From positions 28,604 through 92,603 of the IMG/VR virus record IMGVR_UViG_3300033141_004852: DNA of 64,000 nt. One strand, given 5' to 3'. Below the pieces are notes generated by a model. The model did not search any database, was not told the origin of the DNA, and saw only the letters and a program-made list of their open reading frames with translations. The translations under genes and the position numbers were made by a program. Below are positions 50,881 to 60,952 of the stretch, piece after piece. The stretch's first letter is position 1. The number at the start of each line of letters is the position of its first letter. Source of the DNA: a virus.

Positions 50881-51984
50881 ATGCGAAAATCATCGACGCA
50901 GAAGAAGTTTCTTGGGAATCCCATCAATCTACTAATGGACGAAGAGATTGAGGGTCCCCGCGTCATCAGCACGGGGAACTTTGATCTCGACTACCGCATC
51001 TTGACTATCGGTGGTGTCCCGCGAGGCATCATTACCGAGTTCTTCGGCGCCGAGCAGTCGGGGAAGAGTACCCTTGCTCTGAGTGTCATCGCCAACGCAC
51101 AGCGTGCCGGGCTCCGATGTGCTCTGTTGGAGACGGAGACCTTCGTTCGCACCCCCGAGGGGAAGAAGTGGGCCAAGGCGCTCGGGGTAAACCTAGCCCC
51201 CGAGTGGTTGACGTACTGGAACGAAGTCGGACCGGCGGAGTCATTGCTGCGGGGACTCCTCGATGTGATGAAGTCGGGAGAATACGGGGTCGTGGTGTTG
51301 GATTCGCTACCCTTCCTGCGAACTCAGAGTCAAATGGACGCCTATGGGGGAAGAGACGCCGACAGTCAAGGCCGAATAGCAGACCTCGCCAATACTCTTA
51401 CTTTCTTCGCTCCTGCATTGGCGTTGGAAGCCTACAACAACCAAGTGGCATTCATCGTGACGAATCAAGTGCGGGTTAGCATCACACCCGCGTCGCCGAT
51501 GGAGGCGCGCATGAGCGCGATGACAAAGGCGGCGAGGGGTACAATCCGCACCCCCGGTGGGCGAGCCTGGCGCCACGCGTGCTCTCTGCGGTTGTTCTTC
51601 CAACGCACGGGGGCACTCTTCGAGGGCGACGAACTCGTGGGTACGCAGGCGGAGGCTCTGCTTGTGAAATCCCGAGTCTCACCCCCACTCCGGCGAACGG
51701 GGAAGGATTGCCCGGAGATTCGCTTCTACTTCGATGGGCGGGTAATGGACGAGCCCGCGACTTTGTTGGATTACGCGCTCGCATACCAGCTGATTCAGCA
51801 GAAAGGTGCACATTACTTCCTCCCCGACGGCCAGCGTTTCCACGGGCGAGATGCACTCCGCGCGGCCTGCGACAACCCGACGTTCTTAGATTGGCTACGA
51901 GAGGCGACGTTGGCAATTGCCCGCGCGAACCCCAGTGGGGAAATGCAAGCCGTAGCCGCCGAGGAAGATCAGGTAGTGACATGA
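50881..51984 (+). CDS. recA: RecA/UvsX recombinase
   Basis: 'ISTG..DLD', 'GGVPRG.ITEFFGAEQSGKST', 'VVLDS', 'TNQVR' and 'TPGGRA'. Confidence 0.92.
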   Translation: MRKSSTQKKFLGNPINLLMDEEIEGPRVISTGNFDLDYRILTIGGVPRGIITEFFGAEQSGKSTLALSVIANAQRAGLRCALLETETFVRTPEGKKWAKALGVNLAPEWLTYWNEVGPAESLLRGLLDVMKSGEYGVVVLDSLPFLRTQSQMDAYGGRDADSQGRIADLANTLTFFAPALALEAYNNQVAFIVTNQVRVSITPASPMEARMSAMTKAARGTIRTPGGRAWRHACSLRLFFQRTGALFEGDELVGTQAEALLVKSRVSPPLRRTGKDCPEIRFYFDGRVMDEPATLLDYALAYQLIQQKGAHYFLPDGQRFHGRDALRAACDNPTFLDWLREATLAIARANPSGEMQAVAAEEDQVVT

Positions 51985-52727
51985 GTACGCCGCCGGAGTT
52001 TCTCCAGGATATAGTCCAGCGTGGAATCACGTATCGGGAAGTCATCCTTACCTTGCCCGAGGCACACGAGGATGGGCAGCGACTCCTCGCTTTCTTCCAC
52101 ACGCGGGGAATCACCTCCGACCAGATTTCCCGCTGGGGGTTGGGAATGCTTCCCCCCGAGTGGGCAGGTGAGCACTGTGCTGCCCTCAACCAACGACTTC
52201 TGATTCCCATCCGGGACGCTCACTACAACCTAGTGAGTGTCAGCGGACGGGCACTTTTCCCCGCCCAGGAACCGAAGTTCTGGCACTTCCCCTTCAACAA
52301 GCGTCATGTACTGTGGGGGTTGGGTCACCTAGCAACGCGCATCGAGGAGATGAACTTCGCCTTCCTCGTCGAGAGTTACTTCGACGTACTTGCACTGGAA
52401 CGATGTGGGTTCCCCGCGGTGGCGTTCATGGGGAGTTCACTCGCGATTGACCAGGCTGCACTGTTGGCGCGATATACCCAGCGGGTCTGTTACATCGCCC
52501 ACCGCGACAAAGCCGACCCCGGGGTTGTTGAGCGTCAAGTCCTCCACCCTCTGCGTAGAATGGGGATGAAGGCGGTGTGGGTGACGGTATCCCACGGGTC
52601 GGACTTCGACGAATACTACCGACTAGGCGGGCACGAGCACGCGGTAGCCAGCGCCCATGAAGCCTTTCGGTTACTCCAACCGCGTGCACCCACCCCGTGG
52701 AAACATCGTGTGAGAAAATATGCCTAA
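51981..52727 (+). CDS. dnaG: DnaG-type primase catalytic (Toprim) domain lacking a zinc finger
   Basis: 'RGIT', 'RLLIPIRD', 'SGRAL', 'PKF', 'VESYFDVL' and 'AVAFMGS'. Confidence 0.8.
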   Translation: MSTPPEFLQDIVQRGITYREVILTLPEAHEDGQRLLAFFHTRGITSDQISRWGLGMLPPEWAGEHCAALNQRLLIPIRDAHYNLVSVSGRALFPAQEPKFWHFPFNKRHVLWGLGHLATRIEEMNFAFLVESYFDVLALERCGFPAVAFMGSSLAIDQAALLARYTQRVCYIAHRDKADPGVVERQVLHPLRRMGMKAVWVTVSHGSDFDEYYRLGGHEHAVASAHEAFRLLQPRAPTPWKHRVRKYA

Positions 52728-53706
52728 GATCACCCGTATCGAGCTCACGAATGTGCAGGCACACGCCCACACGACGCTGGAGCCAGCGCCGGGGCTTACG
52801 TATCTGGTCGGCCCCACCAACGTGGGCAAGTCCGCTATCGTACGTGCTCTCCGCTGGTGTCTGGATGGGGGTGATGGATGGCTTGTCCTCCGACGCCGAG
52901 GACAGGAGGAAATCCAGGTCACGGTAGTCTTCGACAACGGATGGACGATTACCAGGCGGCGGGCGGAGTATGAAAACGTCTACGAGGTCACGGAGCCCAA
53001 CGGTAAGAAACACGTATTCGACAAAGTGGGGCGGGAAGTACCGGAGTTAGTCAGGAAGGTCACCGGCTTCCGCTCTGTGGTGTTGGATCGGGAGCCGTAT
53101 TTCCTGAATATCCTCCGCCAGCATGATCCCCTGTTCCTCATTACGGAGAGTCCCGTAAGTGTTCACCGGCAACTTTCGCGGTTAGTGGACACGGATATTC
53201 TGGAGGAGGCTAGCCGCGTTGCTCAATCCGACGCGAGAAAAGCCGATACGGAAATCCGCTATCTCTCCAATGAGATCGCCAAGTGCAGAGACCGCCTGAA
53301 GGACCTCGCGTGGCTAGACGCCACGGAGGAGATACTACCTACGCTGGAGACACACCTTGCGAAGCTGAAGACTCTGACCGCGCAGGCAACGGAGATGGAC
53401 CGGCTGCTGACGCGCCTGGTCCTCTATCAGCAACGTCAGCAAGCCTACGATGTGGATAGGCAGCGTGCGGGGAACATCGACGCCGCTGCCGCCGAGCGAA
53501 GCCTGCAACAGTGGGAACAGGCTACACAGCGTTTGCAGCAGATTCTCATCTACCAACAGCGAGCACAGACCATCCAACAACGGCAGGCGGCGACCTCCCG
53601 CGAGATCGCTAATATACAAGCACGTGCAGAGCAAGCGCGCGCCCTCCTAGCCCAAGTGCGGACTTGTCCTACCTGCGGACAGCCTGTCTCGCCGGAGGCA
53701 TTGTGA
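52720..53706 (+). CDS. SbcC/Rad50 N-terminal half (Walker A, coiled coil, zinc hook)
   Basis: 'GPTNVGKS'; ends with 'CPTCGQ'. Confidence 0.85.
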   Translation: MPKITRIELTNVQAHAHTTLEPAPGLTYLVGPTNVGKSAIVRALRWCLDGGDGWLVLRRRGQEEIQVTVVFDNGWTITRRRAEYENVYEVTEPNGKKHVFDKVGREVPELVRKVTGFRSVVLDREPYFLNILRQHDPLFLITESPVSVHRQLSRLVDTDILEEASRVAQSDARKADTEIRYLSNEIAKCRDRLKDLAWLDATEEILPTLETHLAKLKTLTAQATEMDRLLTRLVLYQQRQQAYDVDRQRAGNIDAAAAERSLQQWEQATQRLQQILIYQQRAQTIQQRQAATSREIANIQARAEQARALLAQVRTCPTCGQPVSPEAL

Positions 53707-54677
53707 TGGCGAAGTTCATCTACATCACGGATATACACGCCCGCCTCCGAGCCCCCGCCGGCCGCAGTGATCCCGACTTCCTGGAGACAGTAGACCAGAA
53801 ACTCTGGAGCATTCTCTCCTGGGGGATGCAAAATGGCGTCGACGCCGTGCTCTGTGGGGGAGACATCACCGACCATCCACTACCAGGATACCGGGTGCTG
53901 GCGATGCTCGCGAAGTTGATTCACTACAGCGAGATCCCCTGGTACGTTTGCCTCGGACAGCATGATGTCTTCGGCTACAACGTAGAGCAGCACGAGACCA
54001 TCGCCGCCCGTTTGTTGGAGACCACGATGCCGAAGCACTTTCACATTCTCCCCGACGGTTGGGCGGGGGAGGTACTTGATGATTTTGGGGTCCGTATCGC
54101 GGGGCTGCATGTCCGCTCCGACGGCCCCGACAAACTCCCCGAGGCTCTGAAATCGCTAGCGGGGAAGGCCGACATCGTGATAGCACATGTGATGGTGACG
54201 CCCAAATCCGCCATCTACCACCATATCGCGCTCGCGGACGTGCCCGCGGCGGTTCCCCTGCTTCTCCTGGGGGATTACCATCCAGGGTTCTACTGGCGGG
54301 GACAAATGGAGAATGGGCAACCGGCGACGATCCTCAACCCGGGGGCACTACTGCGTATGTCTCGAAGCCCCAGCGATATGGAGCGGGAACCCCGGTTCGT
54401 AGTTATCGATACCGACCATCTCGACCAGCCGCAGTTCATGCGGCCGGCGTTTCGGACAGACATTTGGCAAGCCGATCCCGACACGACGGCGTTGGAGAAG
54501 CAACGGTTACAGCAGTTCGTGACCGAACTCTCCACCTTGAGCACTACCGCCCCCAGTTATCAGGGGGTGGAGGAACTCCTACGCGTGGCGGCGAAGATGG
54601 TAGATGCTCGCCAGGAGGTAGTGGATTACGCGCTACAACTAACGAGAAAATGTCTTCAGGAGGCAGGTCGTGAGTAA
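53706..54677 (+). CDS. sbcD: SbcD/Mre11 nuclease
   Basis: 'TDIH', 'GGDI', 'GQHD', 'AH', 'GDYH' and 'NPGAL.R'. Confidence 0.85.
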   Translation: MAKFIYITDIHARLRAPAGRSDPDFLETVDQKLWSILSWGMQNGVDAVLCGGDITDHPLPGYRVLAMLAKLIHYSEIPWYVCLGQHDVFGYNVEQHETIAARLLETTMPKHFHILPDGWAGEVLDDFGVRIAGLHVRSDGPDKLPEALKSLAGKADIVIAHVMVTPKSAIYHHIALADVPAAVPLLLLGDYHPGFYWRGQMENGQPATILNPGALLRMSRSPSDMEREPRFVVIDTDHLDQPQFMRPAFRTDIWQADPDTTALEKQRLQQFVTELSTLSTTAPSYQGVEELLRVAAKMVDARQEVVDYALQLTRKCLQEAGRE

Positions 54678-54933
54678 TATTACCGCTGCACAATTCCAGG
54701 AAGCCCGCCGACAACTGGCGGAGGCACGCGAGACCCAGGCACGTCTGACAGCTACTCACGCGAGTTTACAGGAGGAGTATCAGCGCCTGGAGCAAGAGTG
54801 TCAGCAAACACTCGGGTGCTCCCTGGCCGAACTCGTGCAGAAGCGACAGGAAATCGAGGCTCAAATCACCCAAGCGCGAGCGGAGTTCTACGCTGCGCTG
54901 GGAAAGGTGCCCAATGCTTCCGCAACAATCTGA
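54670..54933 (+). CDS. Small coiled-coil protein of the split SbcC locus
   Basis: 87-aa heptad-rich ORF. Confidence 0.55.
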   Translation: MSNITAAQFQEARRQLAEARETQARLTATHASLQEEYQRLEQECQQTLGCSLAELVQKRQEIEAQITQARAEFYAALGKVPNASATI

Positions 54934-55555
54934 CGAGGAGCGAGCCCTGGTTGAGTTGCGGACCCGCGTCACATCCGCTCAGGGGAAGCGGGATCTCCTG
55001 CAATCACAACTGCGGGATCTACTCTCGCGGCGGGACGCCGCAAAGGGACGCGCTCACTTAGCGAAGGAGGCTGCGGCGCTACTACACCAGGCTACCTCGG
55101 CAGCGCGCACCCAACTCCAACGCCTGGTGGAGCCGTTGATGTCGGAGGCGCTCCAACAACTCCTCGGCGGGCAAGCGCGGTTCCACCTGCGCTTCGGCAC
55201 CAGTGCCGGTAAGGTAATAGCACGGTTGGTCACGATCACGGATAAGGGGTTGGAGGTCGAGGGGATCGATAGCTTCGGCGGCGGAGTCGCCGACCTGGAA
55301 TCGATGCTGTTCCGGCTAATCTTCATCGCGCGGTTGGGGCTGCCACGGGTTGTCATCCTCGATGAGCCGTTTCGGAACATCCACGGCCACGGGGCACTGG
55401 AAACTATCGCCGACTTCCTCCGCACTCTCGTCGACGAGCTCGGGTATCAGATTATCGTCGTGACGGGGGACGAAGACGTATCGGCGTCGGCTGCCGATGC
55501 CATCTTTCAGGTAGCACCCGACGACGCGGGCGCGGATGTTCAGCGCGTCCGCTGA
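54914..55555 (+). CDS. SbcC/Rad50 C-terminal half (ABC signature, Walker B)
   Basis: 'SFGGG', 'ILDEPF' and 'QIIVVT'. Confidence 0.85.
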   Translation: MLPQQSDEERALVELRTRVTSAQGKRDLLQSQLRDLLSRRDAAKGRAHLAKEAAALLHQATSAARTQLQRLVEPLMSEALQQLLGGQARFHLRFGTSAGKVIARLVTITDKGLEVEGIDSFGGGVADLESMLFRLIFIARLGLPRVVILDEPFRNIHGHGALETIADFLRTLVDELGYQIIVVTGDEDVSASAADAIFQVAPDDAGADVQRVR

Positions 55556-55567
55556 AGGAGAGAATCA

Positions 55568-56431
55568 ATGGCTGCGAGAATCGCTGTATGTGTACTCAAC
55601 TGGAATCGCCTGGAGATGCTCCAACGCTGCGTACGCAGTATCTTGGATGTAGATGCGGGAGCGGAGTTCGATCTAATCATCAACGACGTCGGTTCCACCG
55701 ATGATGTGCGGGAGGCGATCTACCGCGAGTACCGCCACGTCGCCCAACTCGTCTTCGATCCCCCGAGTGCCGAGGGACCGCCAACCCGAGGCTACGCGGA
55801 GTCTGTGAATCGCGTGCTACGACTGGCGTTCTCAGACAAGCATACAGAGTTCGCTTTCCCCCTCAACAACGACAACACCGTGACCCCGGGGTGGTTGGTG
55901 GGGTGTCTCCAGCGCTTCATCCGCGACCGCGAGATCGGACACGTGGGACCGATGGTCCTCTATGGCCCAAGCTGGCCGGAGAAGTATGGCTACGTCCAAA
56001 GTGCGGGGGCCTGCTTCGTGGAGGAACCGCAGCACGGTTGGGTGACGAAGAGTTACTACGAAGGTAGACCCTCCGACTACCCCGCGGTGCTGGAGGAGTA
56101 CGATGCTTGGTACACGGGGTTCGGTATGTACCGCCGCGATTTATTCGAGGAGCTTGGTGGTTTGTCGGAGGATTACCCCCCGATCTACTTCGACGACGCG
56201 GATTGGGGGCTTCGTGTATGGGCAAATCAGTACCGTGTCGCCTACACTCCCCACTCGATCATCTTCCACGACCACCCACCCGCGTTCCACGAAGATCCCA
56301 CCCGACAGCATCATATCACTACCAATGCGGGCGCGGGGAGGAATCGAGCACTGTTCCTCGAACGGTGGCAAGGTTTCCTCCGCAACGAAGATGGGATTCT
56401 TCCCCCAATTCCTGAAGGAGCACTGCGATGA
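55568..56431 (+). CDS. Glycosyltransferase family 2
   Basis: 'VLNWN', 'DVGSTD', 'LNND', 'GGLSEDY...YFDDADW'. Confidence 0.88.
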   Translation: MAARIAVCVLNWNRLEMLQRCVRSILDVDAGAEFDLIINDVGSTDDVREAIYREYRHVAQLVFDPPSAEGPPTRGYAESVNRVLRLAFSDKHTEFAFPLNNDNTVTPGWLVGCLQRFIRDREIGHVGPMVLYGPSWPEKYGYVQSAGACFVEEPQHGWVTKSYYEGRPSDYPAVLEEYDAWYTGFGMYRRDLFEELGGLSEDYPPIYFDDADWGLRVWANQYRVAYTPHSIIFHDHPPAFHEDPTRQHHITTNAGAGRNRALFLERWQGFLRNEDGILPPIPEGALR

Positions 56432-57216
56432 CACTCACACACGAATACTGGGAGACGATCGCCCAGAAGAATCAGCGGCTGGCAAGGCTCGCGGAGACGG
56501 GAGACCTCGGAGGCCTACGCCGAGCCATCGAGACCGAGGGTGGTAGCTGGCATGTGTCCGCCGAGGTTGGAACCCCCTTCAACTTCTATCTCCGCCATTG
56601 TGCGGCGGCGTGGCATCAGTGGTGCCCCAATGAGATCCAGGAGTTCCGGGAGTTGTTCAACCGTGTAGAGCCTCAACCGCACAGCATTCTCGATCTGGGA
56701 TTCGGTTATGGGCATATCTTGTTGGACTTGATGCAGACAGCCCAAGCTACCGATCCCAGCATTATCCGTCGATTGGTGGGTGTCGACTTAGCTCCACAGG
56801 CGAAGGAAAAACTCCAGCAGCAAATCAACGAGGCGTCCTTTATCCCTGTAGTCACCCCCGAGCTCCACACTGCCAACGCCTGCACAGTTCGGTTGGACGA
56901 GAAGTTCGACCTCGTACTTGCTATGCAGATCATCGAGCACCTCTCGCCCCAACAGGGGCAGGCGTTGCTAAAGACAGCGTGGGCGCATACACCACCCTCG
57001 GGTACTCTCATATTGAGCACCCGCCTCAATGAGAACCTGGGTCACGCTCTGGTACAATGTCCTGGGTGTGAGCACGTCTTCCACCCAGCTGGGCACGTCC
57101 GTAGTTTCTCGGAAGTTCTGTTGCGGGCGGAGTTGCTCATCGCCGGATGGTGGGTTGTTCATACTCATATTACCCCAGGAGTCATTCGAGTCCTATGTCG
57201 AAAACTTCAATCGTAG
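56428..57216 (+). CDS. Class I SAM-dependent methyltransferase
   Basis: 'ILDLGFGYG', 'GVDL', 'FDLVL...IEHL' and CPGC...H. Confidence 0.85.
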   Translation: MTLTHEYWETIAQKNQRLARLAETGDLGGLRRAIETEGGSWHVSAEVGTPFNFYLRHCAAAWHQWCPNEIQEFRELFNRVEPQPHSILDLGFGYGHILLDLMQTAQATDPSIIRRLVGVDLAPQAKEKLQQQINEASFIPVVTPELHTANACTVRLDEKFDLVLAMQIIEHLSPQQGQALLKTAWAHTPPSGTLILSTRLNENLGHALVQCPGCEHVFHPAGHVRSFSEVLLRAELLIAGWWVVHTHITPGVIRVLCRKLQS

Positions 57217-58142
57217 CGTTAGTCCTAGAGAGTATGGAGCCGGGGAATCTCCACACCGGCATCTACTGGGGCCTCCGCGATTGCGGGGTGCCCGTGTACC
57301 CAATTGTGCTTCCACGCGATGATGGGCAACATCAGGAATGGCGGTCGCGGTTGCTTCGGCGTCTATTGCGACAGTTACCAACGCGCTTCATAATTACGGT
57401 CGGTCCCAACGACCACTTGGAGGAGCAGGCATTCGATTTCCCTGGCACTTACATCGTCTCCATCCAAGTCGACGACCCGTGGGCACTGGACCATAAGCGT
57501 CTTCATCTACCTATAGGGTGCCGAGAGATACTCACGTCCTGCCCCGCGGATACGATGCCAGAACGCTATCGATGTTGGGCAGGTAATTCCGATCTGCGCG
57601 TGCACTATCTACGCTTCGGGGTGGATCTGCGCGTTTTCCGCCCTATGCCCGTAGGTCCCCCAGAATATCGAGGATTGTTCATTGGCACCGCTTATCACCA
57701 AAGACGGCAAATGGTGGAGGTACTCCAGCGTCGGGGAGTTCCCATTCAATGCTTAGGGCCGGGGAATAGTCCGGCGTGGGATAACAAACGCTTACCAGCT
57801 TGGGAAATCCCTCTCTATTACTCGCTGGCGGATGTGTGCATTTCTTTCTCTGATCAACCGGATGGAGTCGTAAGCCAGAAGATCCGCCCCTACGAAATCG
57901 CCGCCTCGGGAGGGGGCTGCCTTCTCGTTCAACGAGAGCCGACCGCCTGCGCGGAGTTCGACGAGGAGACGGCGGTCTTCTTCGATACCGTGCAGGAGTT
58001 ACAGGACCGACTTCAGTCGCTACTTGACGATCCCCCACGCCGCCAACGACTCACCCAATCCGCACTGAAACTAGCTCGGGCAAAGTTCTCCTGGGAGTCT
58101 CGCTTGCGCCCCCACGTCGAGCGCTGGAAGGAGATCTGGTAA
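57195..58142 (+). CDS. CgeB-like GT-B glycosyltransferase
   Basis: 'DDPW', 'FIGT...R', 'KIRPYEIAASGG' and 'FSWE.R'. Confidence 0.75.
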   Translation: MSKTSIVALVLESMEPGNLHTGIYWGLRDCGVPVYPIVLPRDDGQHQEWRSRLLRRLLRQLPTRFIITVGPNDHLEEQAFDFPGTYIVSIQVDDPWALDHKRLHLPIGCREILTSCPADTMPERYRCWAGNSDLRVHYLRFGVDLRVFRPMPVGPPEYRGLFIGTAYHQRRQMVEVLQRRGVPIQCLGPGNSPAWDNKRLPAWEIPLYYSLADVCISFSDQPDGVVSQKIRPYEIAASGGGCLLVQREPTACAEFDEETAVFFDTVQELQDRLQSLLDDPPRRQRLTQSALKLARAKFSWESRLRPHVERWKEIW

Positions 58143-59035
58143 TGCGTATCATCATGCGGTCGCACCATTTCCCTCTACCCCAGGATAGCATCCCCCACGG
58201 GGGAGTGCAGGAGCATATCTTCCAGGTCACGCGGGTTCTCCGCGACCGCGGGCACACCGTCGAGTGGTACTACCCCCACCAACACCCCCATACTCCCGGC
58301 GATCTGGAGGTGACCCACGACTACTCCGCCTGGGATTGGAAGCAGCATGACGCCCCGCGGACCCTGGTAGTATTCCACGGATGGGAGGGGAAGAGTCCCC
58401 CCGACCCAGCGGTCGTTGCCGAGCGGCAACAGATTTCCCACGCGGCAGATGAGACCATCGCCGTCGGGGAGTTCATTCCCCGTTGGTATGGGGGAAAGAT
58501 CGACCACGTCATCTGGGGTGGGGTAGAAATCCCCGAGAGGATTCCCACACCTATACCCGGTCGCGCTGTATGGGTGGGGAGATTGGCGCCGGATACGGGG
58601 GCTGTGTTGCTTATCCACCACGCGGTCTCCGCTGGATGGAAAGTCGATGTCCTCGGCGATGGCCCCCACGCGGAGAGCATCCGCACCTACCCCAACGTGA
58701 AGATGTGGGGATTTGTCCCCCAAGGCCTCGTGAGGGATGTAGTAGGTGAATCCACCATCGTCCTCGCGGCCGGATACTTGAGCATCCTCACTGGCTATGC
58801 CTACCAACGCCCTGTTTTCAGCATCATCCCCCCGGGGAATGAGGTCAAACGCGACTATCTGGAGCTGATGCCCCACCCGCCCACGATTATCGAGGGGCCA
58901 CAGTTGCTGGAGGAAATACTCCATACACAGTCATACACAACACCCTCGACTGAGGAGGCTATCCAACAGCGCTTCCAGTGGGCAACGCAACAAACCTGGG
59001 ATGCCGTTGCTGATCTATACGAGGATGCTGTCTAG
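58142..59035 (+). CDS. Glycosyltransferase family 4-like
   Basis: 'GGVQEH', 'WVGRL', 'GDGP', 'GFVP' and 'TWD.VA..Y'. Confidence 0.78.
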   Translation: MRIIMRSHHFPLPQDSIPHGGVQEHIFQVTRVLRDRGHTVEWYYPHQHPHTPGDLEVTHDYSAWDWKQHDAPRTLVVFHGWEGKSPPDPAVVAERQQISHAADETIAVGEFIPRWYGGKIDHVIWGGVEIPERIPTPIPGRAVWVGRLAPDTGAVLLIHHAVSAGWKVDVLGDGPHAESIRTYPNVKMWGFVPQGLVRDVVGESTIVLAAGYLSILTGYAYQRPVFSIIPPGNEVKRDYLELMPHPPTIIEGPQLLEEILHTQSYTTPSTEEAIQQRFQWATQQTWDAVADLYEDAV

Positions 59036-59036
59036 G

Positions 59037-60020
59037 ATGCGTATCGCAACCGTCAACCGCCCCCCGGAGCCGCTGGGGGGAGATGAGATACAACGACGAT
59101 ACCTAGCGCGGGAACTCGCGGCGTTGGGAGTCGAGGTCGTACACGCTCACACAGGAGCGGCAATCACCCGACTACCCTGCGTTGATCTCATTCACACCTA
59201 CAACCTCCATCTTCCGACGACGGAGCTCGCGGCGCGAGAAGCCCGCCACCGGCGGATTCCCCTCGTCATCTCCCCCATTGTCAACCCGGGAATCCATTAT
59301 CCGGCATGGGCACTGGATGTAGTGCGCCAATCGCGGTTGATCCTCGGGAACTCCCAGCAGACAGCAACCCACTTACAACGCGTTCTGGGATGTCCTGGCG
59401 AGGAAATTGCCAGCAAGTGCGTATGGCTTCCCGTGGGAATAGACCACGAATGGCTCCAGGAAACAGAGGGGTCGATCAACGACATCGCCACCCCTATTCC
59501 CATCATTTGCGTTGGGCGCCTGGAACCTCGCAAGCGCCAGCTGGCACTGTTGGAGACGATCCAGCGTAAGGATCCAGACATCCTCGGAGAATATGGGTTG
59601 GTATTCGTCGGACGATGCTCACCCACGGAGAAGAAGCAGTATCTCCATTTCCCCAATGTAGTCTTGGCCGGAGAGCGTTCTCACGAGGATGTGCGTTGGC
59701 TTCTCCACAACGCGTGGGTACATGTTCTCCCTACACAGTATGACAACCCCGGGCTAGTCAACCTCGAAGCCGCCGTCTGTGGATGTGAGGTTGTCACGAC
59801 GGACTTACCGGACATCCGCGACTACTTAGGCAGCTACCCCTACTATGTTCAGCATTTGGAGGAGTTCGTCCCCAAGATCCGCGAGGCACTGGAAGCCTCC
59901 CGCCGTCGACAGGGAGATACAACTCCCCCACCTATGGCGAAGATGCTCGCCCGACGATTTTCCTGGGAAAACGTGGCTGCTCGTCTGGTAGAATACTATG
60001 AGAGGGCGTTAGGACAATGA
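59037..60020 (+). CDS. Glycosyltransferase family 4
   Basis: 'GGDEIQ', 'VGRLEPRK', 'DNPGLVNLEAAVCG' and 'FSWE'. Confidence 0.85.
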   Translation: MRIATVNRPPEPLGGDEIQRRYLARELAALGVEVVHAHTGAAITRLPCVDLIHTYNLHLPTTELAAREARHRRIPLVISPIVNPGIHYPAWALDVVRQSRLILGNSQQTATHLQRVLGCPGEEIASKCVWLPVGIDHEWLQETEGSINDIATPIPIICVGRLEPRKRQLALLETIQRKDPDILGEYGLVFVGRCSPTEKKQYLHFPNVVLAGERSHEDVRWLLHNAWVHVLPTQYDNPGLVNLEAAVCGCEVVTTDLPDIRDYLGSYPYYVQHLEEFVPKIREALEASRRRQGDTTPPPMAKMLARRFSWENVAARLVEYYERALGQ

Positions 60021-60952
60021 CACCCAAACCCAATGTACTCATTATCGTCTTCGATGCTCTGCGGGGAGATGTGAGGATACCCGCTCTCCAGCAACTGGCG
60101 AAACAGGGGTGTACTTTCCCCCATGCACTCTCCGCCGGGACCGCGACCTGCTTCTCCGTAGCGGGGATGCTCTTCGGGGGCAAGGATCTCCTCGTCTATC
60201 ACCAGGGTAAGTGGAAGATGGCGCCGCAGGCACTCTCCTTAGCGGAGGTTCTGCGTGTATCCCACGAAACCGCATTCATCACCGGGAACTTCCTGCTCTC
60301 GAAGTTCGAGATGCTCCACCGCGGCTTCGACTACGTTCACACCCCTAAGCTCACGGGGATATTCTGTCCCGAGGAGGGGGCTCAGGTATTAGAGCACGCT
60401 CGTACCTGGAAGAAGCAAGTAGACCCCCGGGAACCGTGGTTCTGTTACCTGCACTTCTTCGAGCCACACGCTCCCTACACGACGCCGCTACCAGATATTG
60501 AGCCGCCTACGGAACGAGTGGCAGGGGGTTGGACACAAGATGACATGACCCCCGAGGAATATACATATCTCCACCAGCGATACACGCATCATGCGCAAGT
60601 TACGGTGCCGCCTTTGCTGGAGCAGGCACTCACCCTCGCCGACGAGAATACTATCATCGTCGTTACCTCCGACCACGGACAAGCCTTCGGGGAGAAGGGG
60701 ATGATCGAGCACGTCAACGCCCACGGCCCCAACATTCAGGAGGGCGTGCCTCGCTGGGATCTCCTCTGGCAGATCCCCGCTGTTCGCTCTGTGCCCCTGA
60801 TTATCGTAGGCCCGGGCATTTCCCCCGCGGTTGACCTCACCAGTGTCTGCACCGCGTGGTTGGGTGCCTACATCACCGCGTATCTCGGACAGCCACCCTC
60901 GGAGGACGACCTCGTAGCAGAGAAACTACGTGACCTGGGGTACATTGCATGA
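60017..60952 (+). CDS. Sulfatase-like alkaline-phosphatase superfamily protein
   Basis: 'IVFDALRGD', 'TATCFS', 'HFFEPHAPY', 'TSDHG' and terminal 'LRDLGY'. Confidence 0.8.
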   Translation: MTPKPNVLIIVFDALRGDVRIPALQQLAKQGCTFPHALSAGTATCFSVAGMLFGGKDLLVYHQGKWKMAPQALSLAEVLRVSHETAFITGNFLLSKFEMLHRGFDYVHTPKLTGIFCPEEGAQVLEHARTWKKQVDPREPWFCYLHFFEPHAPYTTPLPDIEPPTERVAGGWTQDDMTPEEYTYLHQRYTHHAQVTVPPLLEQALTLADENTIIVVTSDHGQAFGEKGMIEHVNAHGPNIQEGVPRWDLLWQIPAVRSVPLIIVGPGISPAVDLTSVCTAWLGAYITAYLGQPPSEDDLVAEKLRDLGYIA

